The notes beneath the pieces were generated by a model. That model was not told the origin of the DNA. It did not search any database and saw only the letters and a program-made list of their open reading frames with translations. DNA of 64,000 nt from the NCBI GenBank assembly GCA_964437755.1, contig CAYTIA010000001.1, forward strand, positions 45,658-109,657, written 5' to 3'. Positions 1 to 9,152 of the stretch are shown one piece after another. This DNA comes from an uncultured Pseudomonadales bacterium. GTDB lineage: Bacteria; Patescibacteriota; Microgenomatia; UBA1400; PJMF01. Each line of letters begins with the position of its first letter. Position 1 is the stretch's first letter. The position numbers and the translations under genes are program-made.

Positions 1-172
1 TCTTTATTCATTAATATCAAAGTTGTTGCATGTAATTTTTATCACCACATTATATATAAATATATTTAATTTCGAAAAAGTAAAAAATACATATCTTATG
101 GAATTAAAAATGCTTAACAAAATATCTTAGCTTGGACCTTAAAAATAATAATTTTGTTAGTATTCTATAAAG

Positions 173-523
173 TTAGCTGCCACTTATATTTCTAAAAAGA
201 GCATCGTTTATTAACGCTACCTCATAATATGTGGTTTTGTCATAAGTTACCGTAAGAATTGCTGCTTTTTGAATCCCATTATTATGAGGATCTTCAGTAA
301 TATTTGCATCTAGCCAAGTCTTATAATAATTCCAAAATTGCACAATAATAGATGGATTATCTGCATTTACTTCTTCATAAGTGTTGAAGTCTGCTCCACT
401 CTCATCCAATAAAGCGGCAAATCTTTCAAGAGCTTTGGTTCTCAATTCTCTAGCTTCTCTAGAAGATCTTGGTGGAAGTTGATTTTTAATCGCCTCGCCA
501 AACAGTAGCTCTAAAGATTTCAT
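173..523 (-). CDS. Hypothetical protein (116 aa)
   Basis: ATG-started ORF with normal composition in an otherwise empty AT-rich region; no recognisable motif. Confidence 0.5.
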   Translation of the reverse strand: MKSLELLFGEAIKNQLPPRSSREARELRTKALERFAALLDESGADFNTYEEVNADNPSIIVQFWNYYKTWLDANITEDPHNNGIQKAAILTVTYDKTTYYEVALINDALFRNISGS

Positions 524-599
524 AATACTGATATATGCTAAAAAAATTACTTATTCACTTAGAGTCGGTTATTGTAACAAAATATATCAGGGATTTCAC

Positions 600-616
600 T
601 CTCAACCTTTTCTCAA
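600..616 (+). promoter_or_regulatory. Tandem direct repeat TCTCAA-N5-TCTCAA, candidate response-regulator binding site
   Basis: TCTCAA at 600-605 and 611-616 (11-bp period), just upstream of a possible -10 TATATT (627-632) for the 714 gene. Confidence 0.3.
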
Positions 617-713
617 TTTTAATAGTTATATTATCCCTAATGTTTGTTCTAGACAAACAAATCATTATCAATTAATTATTGTTGCTTTGTTTAAAAGCAA
701 CTGAAAGGTAAAA

Positions 714-1190
714 ATGATTAATAAAAAAATCGCCTTATCTCTCGCCACTTTTGCTGCTGCTGGAGGACTAGTCTTTTCAGCTGGAAATGCACAAGCATTT
801 GTTAGTGAAAATAACTCAGGGTTTTTTGCTCAGCTTGCTCAAAAATTTGGGAAGTCTGAAACTGAAGTCACCCAGATCATGGAAGAGACTCGACAAGAAA
901 GACACACCCAAGCAATGCAGGGTTTTGAAGGTAGACTAGAAAAAGCTGTTATGAATGGAGAGTTAACTGCTGAACAAAAACAATTGCTCGTTGAAAAGAG
1001 AGCAGAGTTGCAAGCTAACTGCGATTCAAGCGGAGAAAGAAAACAGCTTAATCACGATGAGCTAACTTCTTGGGCAGAACAAAACGGAATTGATCCCTCA
1101 TTCTTAATGGGGAAAGGTCCAGGAAATGGAGAGGGACTAAGACTTGGAGAAAATGGTCAAGGCAAAAGAATGTACGGACAAAATAGATAA
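714..1190 (+). CDS. Secreted helical protein with Gly-rich C-terminus
   Basis: GAAAGG RBS; signal peptide ending AQA|F; charged helical body (GELTAEQKQLL); own terminator. Confidence 0.8.
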   Translation: MINKKIALSLATFAAAGGLVFSAGNAQAFVSENNSGFFAQLAQKFGKSETEVTQIMEETRQERHTQAMQGFEGRLEKAVMNGELTAEQKQLLVEKRAELQANCDSSGERKQLNHDELTSWAEQNGIDPSFLMGKGPGNGEGLRLGENGQGKRMYGQNR

Positions 1191-1217
1191 TAGAAACCGT
1201 GTTATTATCAAACCAAG

Positions 1218-1244
1218 TAGCACCCCGCTTTCAGCGGGGTGCTA
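1218..1244. terminator. Hairpin terminator between convergent genes
   Basis: TAGCACCCCGCT-TTC-AGCGGGGTGCTA perfect 12-bp stem. Confidence 0.75.
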
Positions 1245-1274
1245 TTCATATAAAAAATTTTCTAATACACAACC

Positions 1275-1706
1275 TCATCCCATAGAAAAAACTGCATAAA
1301 AATAAGCTAAAAATGAAATAATTATCTTTATAAAAGTAATAACTTCAATCTGTGAAGTCAGTTTAAAATAATAAAATTCTCTTTTGATTAATTCTTCAGT
1401 TTCGGGAGTATCAATTTCAGACCTGTCAATTCTTTTATGAACCCACATTTCATAATATTTTGTTAAATACGGAGCAACTAAAACTACAGCCAAGTTGATA
1501 ATAAAATTATTCGCTGGCATCATCTTTAATTCTCCAGAAAAAGGTCTAAGTCCATATGACCCAAATCCCATTTCGATAAAAAATGAGAGAAAGGTTAAAA
1601 CAACTCCAATTACCAAACCAGCTAAAAATGAGTAAAAATAAAGTACCCCAGATATAAATATCTTGCTGAAAACACTCTCTCCCCTAATTTCACAATTGAT
1701 CTTCAT
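1275..1706 (-). CDS. Hypothetical membrane protein
   Basis: About 3 hydrophobic segments; no family motif. Confidence 0.6.
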   Translation of the reverse strand: MKINCEIRGESVFSKIFISGVLYFYSFLAGLVIGVVLTFLSFFIEMGFGSYGLRPFSGELKMMPANNFIINLAVVLVAPYLTKYYEMWVHKRIDRSEIDTPETEELIKREFYYFKLTSQIEVITFIKIIISFLAYFYAVFSMG

Positions 1707-1759
1707 AAAGTTTTCTCGTTATTAGTTTAATTTTCAGAATTATCTTCAATTTAATAATT

Positions 1760-2866
1760 TTACTCCCTGCTGACTACTTGTTGCACATAATTTCTCACCC
1801 CACTCCAATTATCAGCGCCATCTTTAGGAATAAGAATAAATGCTCCTGTTGAAGATTTACTTGAAACCAACACATTTTCTGTACTAATTACGCCCTCTTG
1901 TACTTGGTAGTTGTTTATTAGTTTTAAAACAGGCAATAAATACTCTACCGCTTCCAGATCAATATCTGTTGTAATATTTTTTGAGATTTCTGAGTATAAT
2001 TTGGGAGCATCTTTCCAAAACTCTAACTTAAACAGTTTATCTCGAACCGCCTTTAACAAAGCATGTTGTCGCTGACTACGCGAAAAATCTCCGCCCGCTG
2101 AGCCATGTCTGGAGCGCACATAAGCCAGCGCATCTCCTCCCTCCATCTTGTTAATTCCTTGAGGAAAATATAGATGTTCATACCGACACTCGAACTGTCT
2201 TTCTAACTCGAAACCAGACAGCTCAGACGATAATTTTGCTACTTCTTCAGGTGATTTTCCACAGGTGTTTAGTTCTTCTCCCGCGATTGGATACCACTTA
2301 TCTTCTAAAGTCTCAGGAACATCGACCTCGATACTGGCAAGAGGTCCACCGACAGTTCTTTTAAAGCCAACAAAATCAGCTGCTATAAAGTAATCAATCT
2401 CTAAACCGGTAATGACTTCAGCCATTTTTTTAGCTACTTTTCCCCCGCTGGCAACTAAGTTTGATTTATCTGCTCCCATTGTTAATGATTGATTGATTTT
2501 TGCTTGAGAGCCATTAGGTAACTTTACCCATAAATCACGAGGAATCGAGATCATGGTTAGTTGATCAGTCTCAAAATTTAGATGAACAAGTTGAATGGCA
2601 TCTGCTAAAAAACCACCCTGATGACCTGGACCACCGTATCCAAGTAAGAGAACTGTTAAAGTAGATTTATTGGATAAATCAACCTGATGATCATCAACAT
2701 CGACTGAAAATAGATTATCTTCTATCTCAATTGGTTCTTGACCATGACTAGCTTTAGAAAAAAATGAGTAAGAAATACTTGCTGAAGCAATCAAAACAGC
2801 AAATAATATTATTATTAAAAATCTATATTTTTTAATAAAACTGATATTATTTAAATCTATTCTCAT
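1760..2866 (-). CDS. LCP (LytR-CpsA-Psr) family glycopolymer transferase
   Basis: N-terminal TM; motifs LLLG, ISIPRDLWV, KIN, ALAYVRSRH, DFSRSQRQ. Confidence 0.9.
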   Translation of the reverse strand: MRIDLNNISFIKKYRFLIIILFAVLIASASISYSFFSKASHGQEPIEIEDNLFSVDVDDHQVDLSNKSTLTVLLLGYGGPGHQGGFLADAIQLVHLNFETDQLTMISIPRDLWVKLPNGSQAKINQSLTMGADKSNLVASGGKVAKKMAEVITGLEIDYFIAADFVGFKRTVGGPLASIEVDVPETLEDKWYPIAGEELNTCGKSPEEVAKLSSELSGFELERQFECRYEHLYFPQGINKMEGGDALAYVRSRHGSAGGDFSRSQRQHALLKAVRDKLFKLEFWKDAPKLYSEISKNITTDIDLEAVEYLLPVLKLINNYQVQEGVISTENVLVSSKSSTGAFILIPKDGADNWSGVRNYVQQVVSRE

Positions 2867-2874
2867 TTTATTAC

Positions 2875-3579
2875 CTATTTTGCCATGGCTTTCTTTCTTA
2901 AGTCTTGAGGCATCTTTTCAATTGCATAACGAAGAGCGGTGCGGGGCATTTTCCCTTTATTATTCATCACATAATTAAACACTTCTTGCTGATATGTTTG
3001 ACTGGCTACTTTTAATAACCACCCGTAACCTTTTTGCACCATATCTTCTTTATCGGTGAGTAGTAAATCAGAGATCTTGAAAATCTCGGTTAAGAACAAG
3101 CCCTTCCTTGCTGGCACAATCAAACTTACAGCCGACCCTCTTCTTACCCATCTATTTTTTGATTTAGCCCATAATAAAAGCTCATTAATTAATTCTGGAA
3201 AGATCATTATTATTTCACCCACTGTATGATTGCAAAAAGTATCGCAAGAGGCCCAGTTGTCAACATAAGTTTTTAACCATCTCTCAAAAACCTTAAAATC
3301 ACTTTTTTGGTACTGTTTTCGTAAAGCGTAAGACCAATCACAAGCAACAAAAGACTCTTCCATATAACCAGATTGCCAAAGATTTTCACATAAATCAAAT
3401 ATCTCTTTTTTACTCTTTGATTGGACTTGCTTTATAAAATCTTTACCAATCTTTTTTACTATGGCAGATTTAATACCATAAACCTTTACTGGCTCTTTGA
3501 AGAATTTTTGAGCAGTATCTTGACCTTCTTTATCTAAGTTAAGTTGAAGCTCTTGACGAAGAGAGTTTAATATCTTCAT
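2875..3579 (-). CDS. DNA alkylation repair protein (AlkD-like HEAT-repeat family)
   Basis: DNWASCD, NRWVRR, DMVQKGYGWLLK, RTALRYAIEK motifs. Confidence 0.85.
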   Translation of the reverse strand: MKILNSLRQELQLNLDKEGQDTAQKFFKEPVKVYGIKSAIVKKIGKDFIKQVQSKSKKEIFDLCENLWQSGYMEESFVACDWSYALRKQYQKSDFKVFERWLKTYVDNWASCDTFCNHTVGEIIMIFPELINELLLWAKSKNRWVRRGSAVSLIVPARKGLFLTEIFKISDLLLTDKEDMVQKGYGWLLKVASQTYQQEVFNYVMNNKGKMPRTALRYAIEKMPQDLRKKAMAK

Positions 3580-4427
3580 TTTTTTCTCTTCGCTAAAATT
3601 AAGGTATTCTCAAGCAAACTAGCTATCGTCATTGGACCAACCCCTCCAGGAACTGGAGTTATATAACCAGCTATTTTGCTAATCTCTTCATAATCAACAT
3701 CACCAACTAATTTATTGCCAACTCGATTAATCCCAACATCGATCACTATTGCACCTGGTTTAATCATCTCTTTTTTAATTAAATTTGGCACACCTACCGC
3801 TGCCACAATTACATCAGCAGATTTACACTCGGCAGTTAAGTTAACAGTTCGGCTATGACAGATCTTTACCGTAGCATTTTCTGCTAGCAATAACAAAGTA
3901 ACTGGTTTACCAACCAAATGACTACGACCCACTACCGCAACTTTTTTACCCTCAAGATTTATGCCTGTGCTTTGGATAAGTCTAATAATCCCTTTTGGGG
4001 TACAGGCTGCTAGTTGTTCATTCATTGGCAACGCTTTTTTTTGCAGGATTAATTCACCTAAGTTAACTGGATGAAAACAATCAACGTCTTTGTTGGGATC
4101 GATAATTAAAATGGCTTTTTTTTCATCTAAATGAGGTGGTAATGGCATCTGAACGAGAATGCCATTAATACGATCATCTTGATTAAGCTTTTGGATCTGT
4201 TTCTCTAGTTCTCCTTGAGAAGTGTTGGTTGGCAAAACAACTTTTCGTGAATAAAAGCCCACCTCAATACAAGCCTTTTCTTTTGAGTTTACATAAACTC
4301 TTGAAGCAGGATCTTCGCCCACTAAAACAACTGCCAAACCTGGTTTTTTCGATAAGGTTTTTACTTGCTCAGATATTTTTGCTCTCAATTCTTGAGCTAT
4401 TTTTTTACCATCAATTATTTTTGACAT
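3576..4427 (-). CDS. folD: Methylene-THF dehydrogenase/cyclohydrolase
   Basis: IIDGK, PGLAVVLVG, GILVQMPLP, CTPKG, GRSHLVGKP, TPVPGGVGPMT. Confidence 0.97.
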   Translation of the reverse strand: MSKIIDGKKIAQELRAKISEQVKTLSKKPGLAVVLVGEDPASRVYVNSKEKACIEVGFYSRKVVLPTNTSQGELEKQIQKLNQDDRINGILVQMPLPPHLDEKKAILIIDPNKDVDCFHPVNLGELILQKKALPMNEQLAACTPKGIIRLIQSTGINLEGKKVAVVGRSHLVGKPVTLLLLAENATVKICHSRTVNLTAECKSADVIVAAVGVPNLIKKEMIKPGAIVIDVGINRVGNKLVGDVDYEEISKIAGYITPVPGGVGPMTIASLLENTLILAKRKK

Positions 4428-4445
4428 ATAATTTTTGTTTACTAC

Positions 4446-6077
4446 TTAAAACAACCCTACAGTTTTACCATTCACGTCAACATCAATCATTTCTGAAGCA
4501 GGAACTCTTGGCAAGCCAGGCATTCTCATAATACTACCAGCAATCAACACAAAAAATCCCGCGCCATTACTCAAACTTACTTCGCGAATCGTTATTTTAA
4601 AACCTTTGGGAGCTCCAAGCAACTTAGGATCATCAGATAAAGAAGCTTGAGTTTTAGCAACACAAATCGGTAGATTTTTAATCCCCCAAGATTGATATTT
4701 CTTTAGATCGCTCTTTGCTTTTGAGGTCCACTCAACTCCATCAGCCCCATAAATTTCAATTGCGATCTTTTCAATCGCCTTTTCTGGTCCTATATTGGAA
4801 TTATAAATATATTTAAAATTGTTGTTTTGTTCTATCAGCTTGAGTACTTCCTTAGCTAACTCCTCTCCACCCTTACCACCCTTGGCCCAAACTTCAGACA
4901 GAGCTACTGTCACACCTTGGCCTTGGCAATATTCAGACACTAATTTGTAGTCTGCAACAGTATCGCCAGTAAACTTATTCAATGCAACTACAATCGGTAC
5001 TCCAAATTTTTTTAGATTTTTAATATGTTTGCCAAGATTTTCAATCCCCTTACTCAAGTCGCCACCACCATGATGTTTTAAAGCACGCACCGTTGCTACT
5101 AATACAATTGTATTTGGCTTTATACCTCCAACACGACACTTAATATCCATAAACTTCTCGGCACCAAGATCCGAACCAAAGCCAGCTTCTGTAACCACAA
5201 TGTCGGCTAATTTTAAAGCCATGCGAGTCGCAATTAGCGAATTACAACCATGGGCAATATTAGCAAAAGGTCCTCCATGAATAAAGGCTGGAGAGCCCTC
5301 AAGTGTTTGCACCAGATTAGGCTTAACAGCATCTTTAAGTAACACGGTCATTGCTCCAGCAACTTTGAGGTCTTTTGCATACACCGGCTTTCCATCAAAA
5401 GTGCTCGCCACAATCATTTTTTCAAGTCGTTTTTTTAAATCTTTTATGCCTGTACTCAAACACAGGATAGCCATTATTTCTGAAGCAACACTGATAATAA
5501 ACCCATCCTCCCTAACCTGACCGTTGCCAGCACCAAGACCAATGGTGATAGAGCGTAAATTTCTATCACTCATATCCATACATCGTTTCCAAGTAATTTT
5601 TTTTGGATTAATTCCAAGTTTATTTCCATAGTGGATATGATTATCTATAACAGCCGACATTAAATTATTAGCAGCTGTAATTGCGTGCAGATCCCCAGTA
5701 AAGTGAAGGTTTATGTCTTCCATTGGTAATACTTGAGAGTTACCTCCACCAGCAGCACCGCCTTTGATACCAAAAACAGGACCAAGTGAAGGTTCTCGCA
5801 AGCAGATCATAGATTTTTTACCCAAACCCCAAAGTGCTTGACCGAGACCAACAGTTGTGGTTGTTTTACCCTCTCCTGCAGGAGTAGGAGTCATGGCAGT
5901 AACCAAGACTAACTTACCATCTTTTTTCTTATCTAATTCTTGCCAAATTTCTTCACTAATCTTTGCTTTATGCTGTCCATAGTATTCAAGATATTTTTCT
6001 TTTATACCAATAGATTTAGCAATTTTGCTAATTGGTTGTAGTTTAGCAGCCTGAGCAATATCAATATCTGATTTCAT
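4446..6077 (-). CDS. fhs: Formate--tetrahydrofolate ligase
   Basis: MKSDIDIAQ start, [35 protein letters not shown]. Confidence 0.98.
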   Translation of the reverse strand: MKSDIDIAQAAKLQPISKIAKSIGIKEKYLEYYGQHKAKISEEIWQELDKKKDGKLVLVTAMTPTPAGEGKTTTTVGLGQALWGLGKKSMICLREPSLGPVFGIKGGAAGGGNSQVLPMEDINLHFTGDLHAITAANNLMSAVIDNHIHYGNKLGINPKKITWKRCMDMSDRNLRSITIGLGAGNGQVREDGFIISVASEIMAILCLSTGIKDLKKRLEKMIVASTFDGKPVYAKDLKVAGAMTVLLKDAVKPNLVQTLEGSPAFIHGGPFANIAHGCNSLIATRMALKLADIVVTEAGFGSDLGAEKFMDIKCRVGGIKPNTIVLVATVRALKHHGGGDLSKGIENLGKHIKNLKKFGVPIVVALNKFTGDTVADYKLVSEYCQGQGVTVALSEVWAKGGKGGEELAKEVLKLIEQNNNFKYIYNSNIGPEKAIEKIAIEIYGADGVEWTSKAKSDLKKYQSWGIKNLPICVAKTQASLSDDPKLLGAPKGFKITIREVSLSNGAGFFVLIAGSIMRMPGLPRVPASEMIDVDVNGKTVGLF

Positions 6078-6124
6078 AAATATCCTTTCTATTAAATATG
6101 TATTTATGTAAAGAAGACCAAATA

Positions 6125-7456
6125 CTAGTAAATCTTTGGCAACGGATACTTCTTACACAGTTCTTTAATTATTTTTTTTGAATCTTTGACAGCTTTTGAT
6201 TTTTCGATCATCTTTTTTCTAACTGAAGCCTTCTTTTCTTGATCCGCTTGAATCTCATCTTTTAGCTTAATTTCAGCAAGATCATCAACAATGCTGTTCA
6301 TACATTTGGCTATGACTCTCATTTCTTTGGCACCCATTCCTCTAGTAGTAATTCCTGGTGTTCCCATTCTCATCCCAGACGGATAAAAGGGAGGATTTGG
6401 ATCATGAGGAACAGAGTTTCGATTAAGAACTATATTGGCTGCCTCAAATGCTTCAGCGACTGTATTCCCTAAAAGATTCTTGTTTGTTAAATCAATTAAG
6501 ATTAGATGGGTGTTGCTACCGCCAGCCACCAAATTAAAACCATATTTATTTAACTCATCAGCTAAAACTTGACTATTCTTTACAATCTTAGCTGCATACC
6601 TCTTGAAACGAGCTGTTTGTGCTTCTTTTAATGCAACTGCTATACCCGCTATGGCATTCATGTGTGGACCCCCCTGTAATCTTGGAAAAACCGCTTGGTC
6701 AACTCTTTTAGCTAACTCTGGATCCTTTTTTAGACCTTTGTTTGTAACCATAATCAAAGCACCTCTTGGACCTCGCAAGGTTTTGTGAGTAGTAGTGGTG
6801 ACTAAATGAACATAGGGTACAGGACTTGGATAAGCCTCTCCCGCAACTAGACCCGCTAAGTGAGCAATGTCAGCCATTAAAAAGGCGTTAATTTTTTTAG
6901 CTATCTTAGCAAACCTTGCCCAATCTACCTGAAGTGGATACGCAGTTATTCCTGCAACAATCACCTGTGGTTTTTCCTTTAGCGCCAGCTTCTCAATCGC
7001 TTGATAATCCATCTTGCCGTCTTTTCCCAAAGTATAAGAAACACTCTTGAAGAACATTGAGGAAACGGAAACCTTGGCACCATGAGTTAGGTGTCCTCCA
7101 TGAGCTAAATCTAGCCCCATAATTTTATCACCGGGTTTAATCATGGCAACGTACGCTGCTAAATTAGCCGGAGAGCCTGACAAGGCTTGCACATTAGCGT
7201 GAGGGACACCAAAAACTTTTTTTGCTCTTTCAATCGCCAAAGTCTCAATTTGGTCAACTACCCCTTGTCCTTGATAATATCTCTTAAATGGATAACCCTC
7301 AGCATATTTATTGCCCAGACAAGAACCAACAGCATCTAAAACAGCTTGAGAAGACATGTTTTCTGACGGGATCATCATTAAGGTTTCGGCTTGGCGTTTT
7401 TCTTCTGCTTTAATAAGAGAATGAATTTCTGAATCAGTTTGTTTGAGATGTTTCAT
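6125..7456 (-). CDS. glyA: Serine hydroxymethyltransferase
   Basis: [32 protein letters not shown] (PLP lysine), QGGP. Confidence 0.98.
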   Translation of the reverse strand: MKHLKQTDSEIHSLIKAEEKRQAETLMMIPSENMSSQAVLDAVGSCLGNKYAEGYPFKRYYQGQGVVDQIETLAIERAKKVFGVPHANVQALSGSPANLAAYVAMIKPGDKIMGLDLAHGGHLTHGAKVSVSSMFFKSVSYTLGKDGKMDYQAIEKLALKEKPQVIVAGITAYPLQVDWARFAKIAKKINAFLMADIAHLAGLVAGEAYPSPVPYVHLVTTTTHKTLRGPRGALIMVTNKGLKKDPELAKRVDQAVFPRLQGGPHMNAIAGIAVALKEAQTARFKRYAAKIVKNSQVLADELNKYGFNLVAGGSNTHLILIDLTNKNLLGNTVAEAFEAANIVLNRNSVPHDPNPPFYPSGMRMGTPGITTRGMGAKEMRVIAKCMNSIVDDLAEIKLKDEIQADQEKKASVRKKMIEKSKAVKDSKKIIKELCKKYPLPKIY

Positions 7457-7470
7457 ATGAACTCCTTGAG

Positions 7471-7575
7471 CTAATAAATAATTATTTTACAAAAAAAGCA
7501 ACCATTTTGGTTGCCAGTAGAGATACAGTTTATGAGATATGATGATATATATTTGATATTATTTTTATCAATCAT
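7471..7575 (-). other. Putative leader uORF (34 aa, MIDKNNIKYISSYLINCISTGNQNGCFFCKIIIY)
   Basis: ATG lies 8 nt after a TATAAT (7584-7589, minus strand); frame is open through the leader terminator; TAG stop just before the glyA RBS (AAGGAG). Confidence 0.35.
7491..7514 (-). terminator. Intrinsic terminator in the glyA 5' leader (attenuator candidate)
   Basis: GCAACCA-AAA-TGGTTGC followed by T7 on the minus strand; the upstream neighbour is divergent, so it terminates no annotated gene. Confidence 0.6.
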
Positions 7576-7638
7576 CTGTAACCATTATACCGCAGAAAAA
7601 GATATAATCTAGTCTGATATATTGGAGCAATACTATCA

Positions 7639-8205
7639 ATGATTAAAGATAAAAAAGCCTCTATTAGAAGAAAAATGAAGATTATTAGAAATAATCTTTC
7701 AAAAAAAGAGCAACTAAAAAAATCTGATCTCATTTTAGATAACCTATTCTCGCTAGCCGAACTAGAAAAAGCACAAACAATCTTTACATATTTGTCATTT
7801 GGCAATGAGGTTGACACAGAAAAAATAAATAAAAAACTGTTAGAACAAAATAAAACAATCTGTGTTCCTAAAATAATAAACAAAAATATTCAACCGATAA
7901 TAATTTCTGATTTTGGAAATCTTGTAAAAAATGGATATGGCTACTTAGAACCAGTTTATGATTATCCTATAACCGACCATGTTAATCTCTGTATTACTCC
8001 TGGGTTAGCCTTCACTAAATCTGGTAAACGACTGGGTTATGGAGGAGGTTACTATGACAGATACTTCTCTTCTCATTCAAAAATTCTCAAAATTGCCCTA
8101 GCTTTTGAGGTTCAAATTCTAACAACATTACCGACAACTGATCAAGATCAATTAATTGACATTATTATTACAGAAAAAGAAATCATTAAATGTTATAAAA
8201 ATTAA
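7639..8205 (+). CDS. 5-formyltetrahydrofolate cyclo-ligase
   Basis: YLSFGNEVDT, PGLAF, RLGYGGGYYDR, IITE motifs. Confidence 0.95.
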   Translation: MIKDKKASIRRKMKIIRNNLSKKEQLKKSDLILDNLFSLAELEKAQTIFTYLSFGNEVDTEKINKKLLEQNKTICVPKIINKNIQPIIISDFGNLVKNGYGYLEPVYDYPITDHVNLCITPGLAFTKSGKRLGYGGGYYDRYFSSHSKILKIALAFEVQILTTLPTTDQDQLIDIIITEKEIIKCYKN

Positions 8206-8229
8206 AAACGCCCTCAGATGAGGGCGTTT
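8206..8229. terminator. Bidirectional terminator
   Basis: AAACGCCCTCA-GA-TGAGGGCGTTT between convergent genes. Confidence 0.7.
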
Positions 8230-8255
8230 ATAATATACGACTGAGCCTTATTTAT

Positions 8256-9113
8256 CTAAACATAGTGTTCGATCACCTCAGATATATCTCTATCATCTTC
8301 CCACTGACTCACCAAAGAACCTTTAGATAGAGATTCAAGTTTTTCATGATAAGCTGGCACATCTTCGTTTTGATAGTAAATACCAGTTAGAAATTTCTCT
8401 TTTTTATCGCCACCCAACTCAAAAGCTTTTTCCCAATTGGTAACATCATGATTTTCTAACTCAGCTATATTATCTCGATACCAGTTTAGATCGTTATCTT
8501 TATTAAAAGTAACGCATGGTTGCAAGATGTCAACTAGTGAGAAACCGCGATGCATAATGGCTGATTTAATAATCTCCTTAAGTTGCTTAAAGTTACCTGA
8601 ATAACCCTGAGCCACAAAGGTAGCATGATTTGCCAAGGCTGTTCTGATTGGATTAAGAGGCATCTCTATTAATCCCTCTGGGGTTGTTTTTGTAATCGTT
8701 CCCTGTGGAGTAGTTGGTGAGGCCTGACCAGTGGTTAAGCTGTAACGCCAGTTGTTGTGAACTAACATGGTTACGTTATGATTTCCTCTTGCAGTGAATA
8801 AAAAGTGGTTAGCTCCTTCACCGTAAAGATCTCCTTCTCCACCCACAATAATGACTTTGGTGTCATGGTTTGCTAGCTTTGCACCAATAGCAGTGGGTAA
8901 TTCTCGACCATGCAAACCATGAATGCCGTAAGTACGGTTGAAGTCGGCTTCATTTGGAGCACAACCGACTCCATATACAATAACAACATTTTCATGTTCT
9001 AATTCTAGTTCTTCAAGAGCTGCATAGAATGATCTTAAAATTCCATAGTTTCCGCAACCTGGACACCAAGTTGGGGCAATGGGAGATTTAATTGTTTTTT
9101 TTGTAATTTTCAT
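8256..9113 (-). CDS. 2-oxoacid:ferredoxin oxidoreductase subunit beta
   Basis: TWCPGCG, HGLHGR, GEGD TPP-type motif, LTTGQASPT, ILQPCVTFN. Confidence 0.93.
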   Translation of the reverse strand: MKITKKTIKSPIAPTWCPGCGNYGILRSFYAALEELELEHENVVIVYGVGCAPNEADFNRTYGIHGLHGRELPTAIGAKLANHDTKVIIVGGEGDLYGEGANHFLFTARGNHNVTMLVHNNWRYSLTTGQASPTTPQGTITKTTPEGLIEMPLNPIRTALANHATFVAQGYSGNFKQLKEIIKSAIMHRGFSLVDILQPCVTFNKDNDLNWYRDNIAELENHDVTNWEKAFELGGDKKEKFLTGIYYQNEDVPAYHEKLESLSKGSLVSQWEDDRDISEVIEHYV

Positions 9114-9152
9114 ATTTTTTTCCTTTTGATGACTAATACTGATGATTATTGC

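Noticed and set aside
7457-7640. ZTP, THF or glycine riboswitch upstream of glyA
   Set aside because: No recognisable aptamer consensus; the leader is short and very AT-rich. Reported instead as a uORF/terminator candidate.
7572-7883. 103-aa minus-strand ORF
   Set aside because: Antisense shadow of the 5-formyl-THF cyclo-ligase gene, with Phe/Ser/Ile-rich shadow composition.
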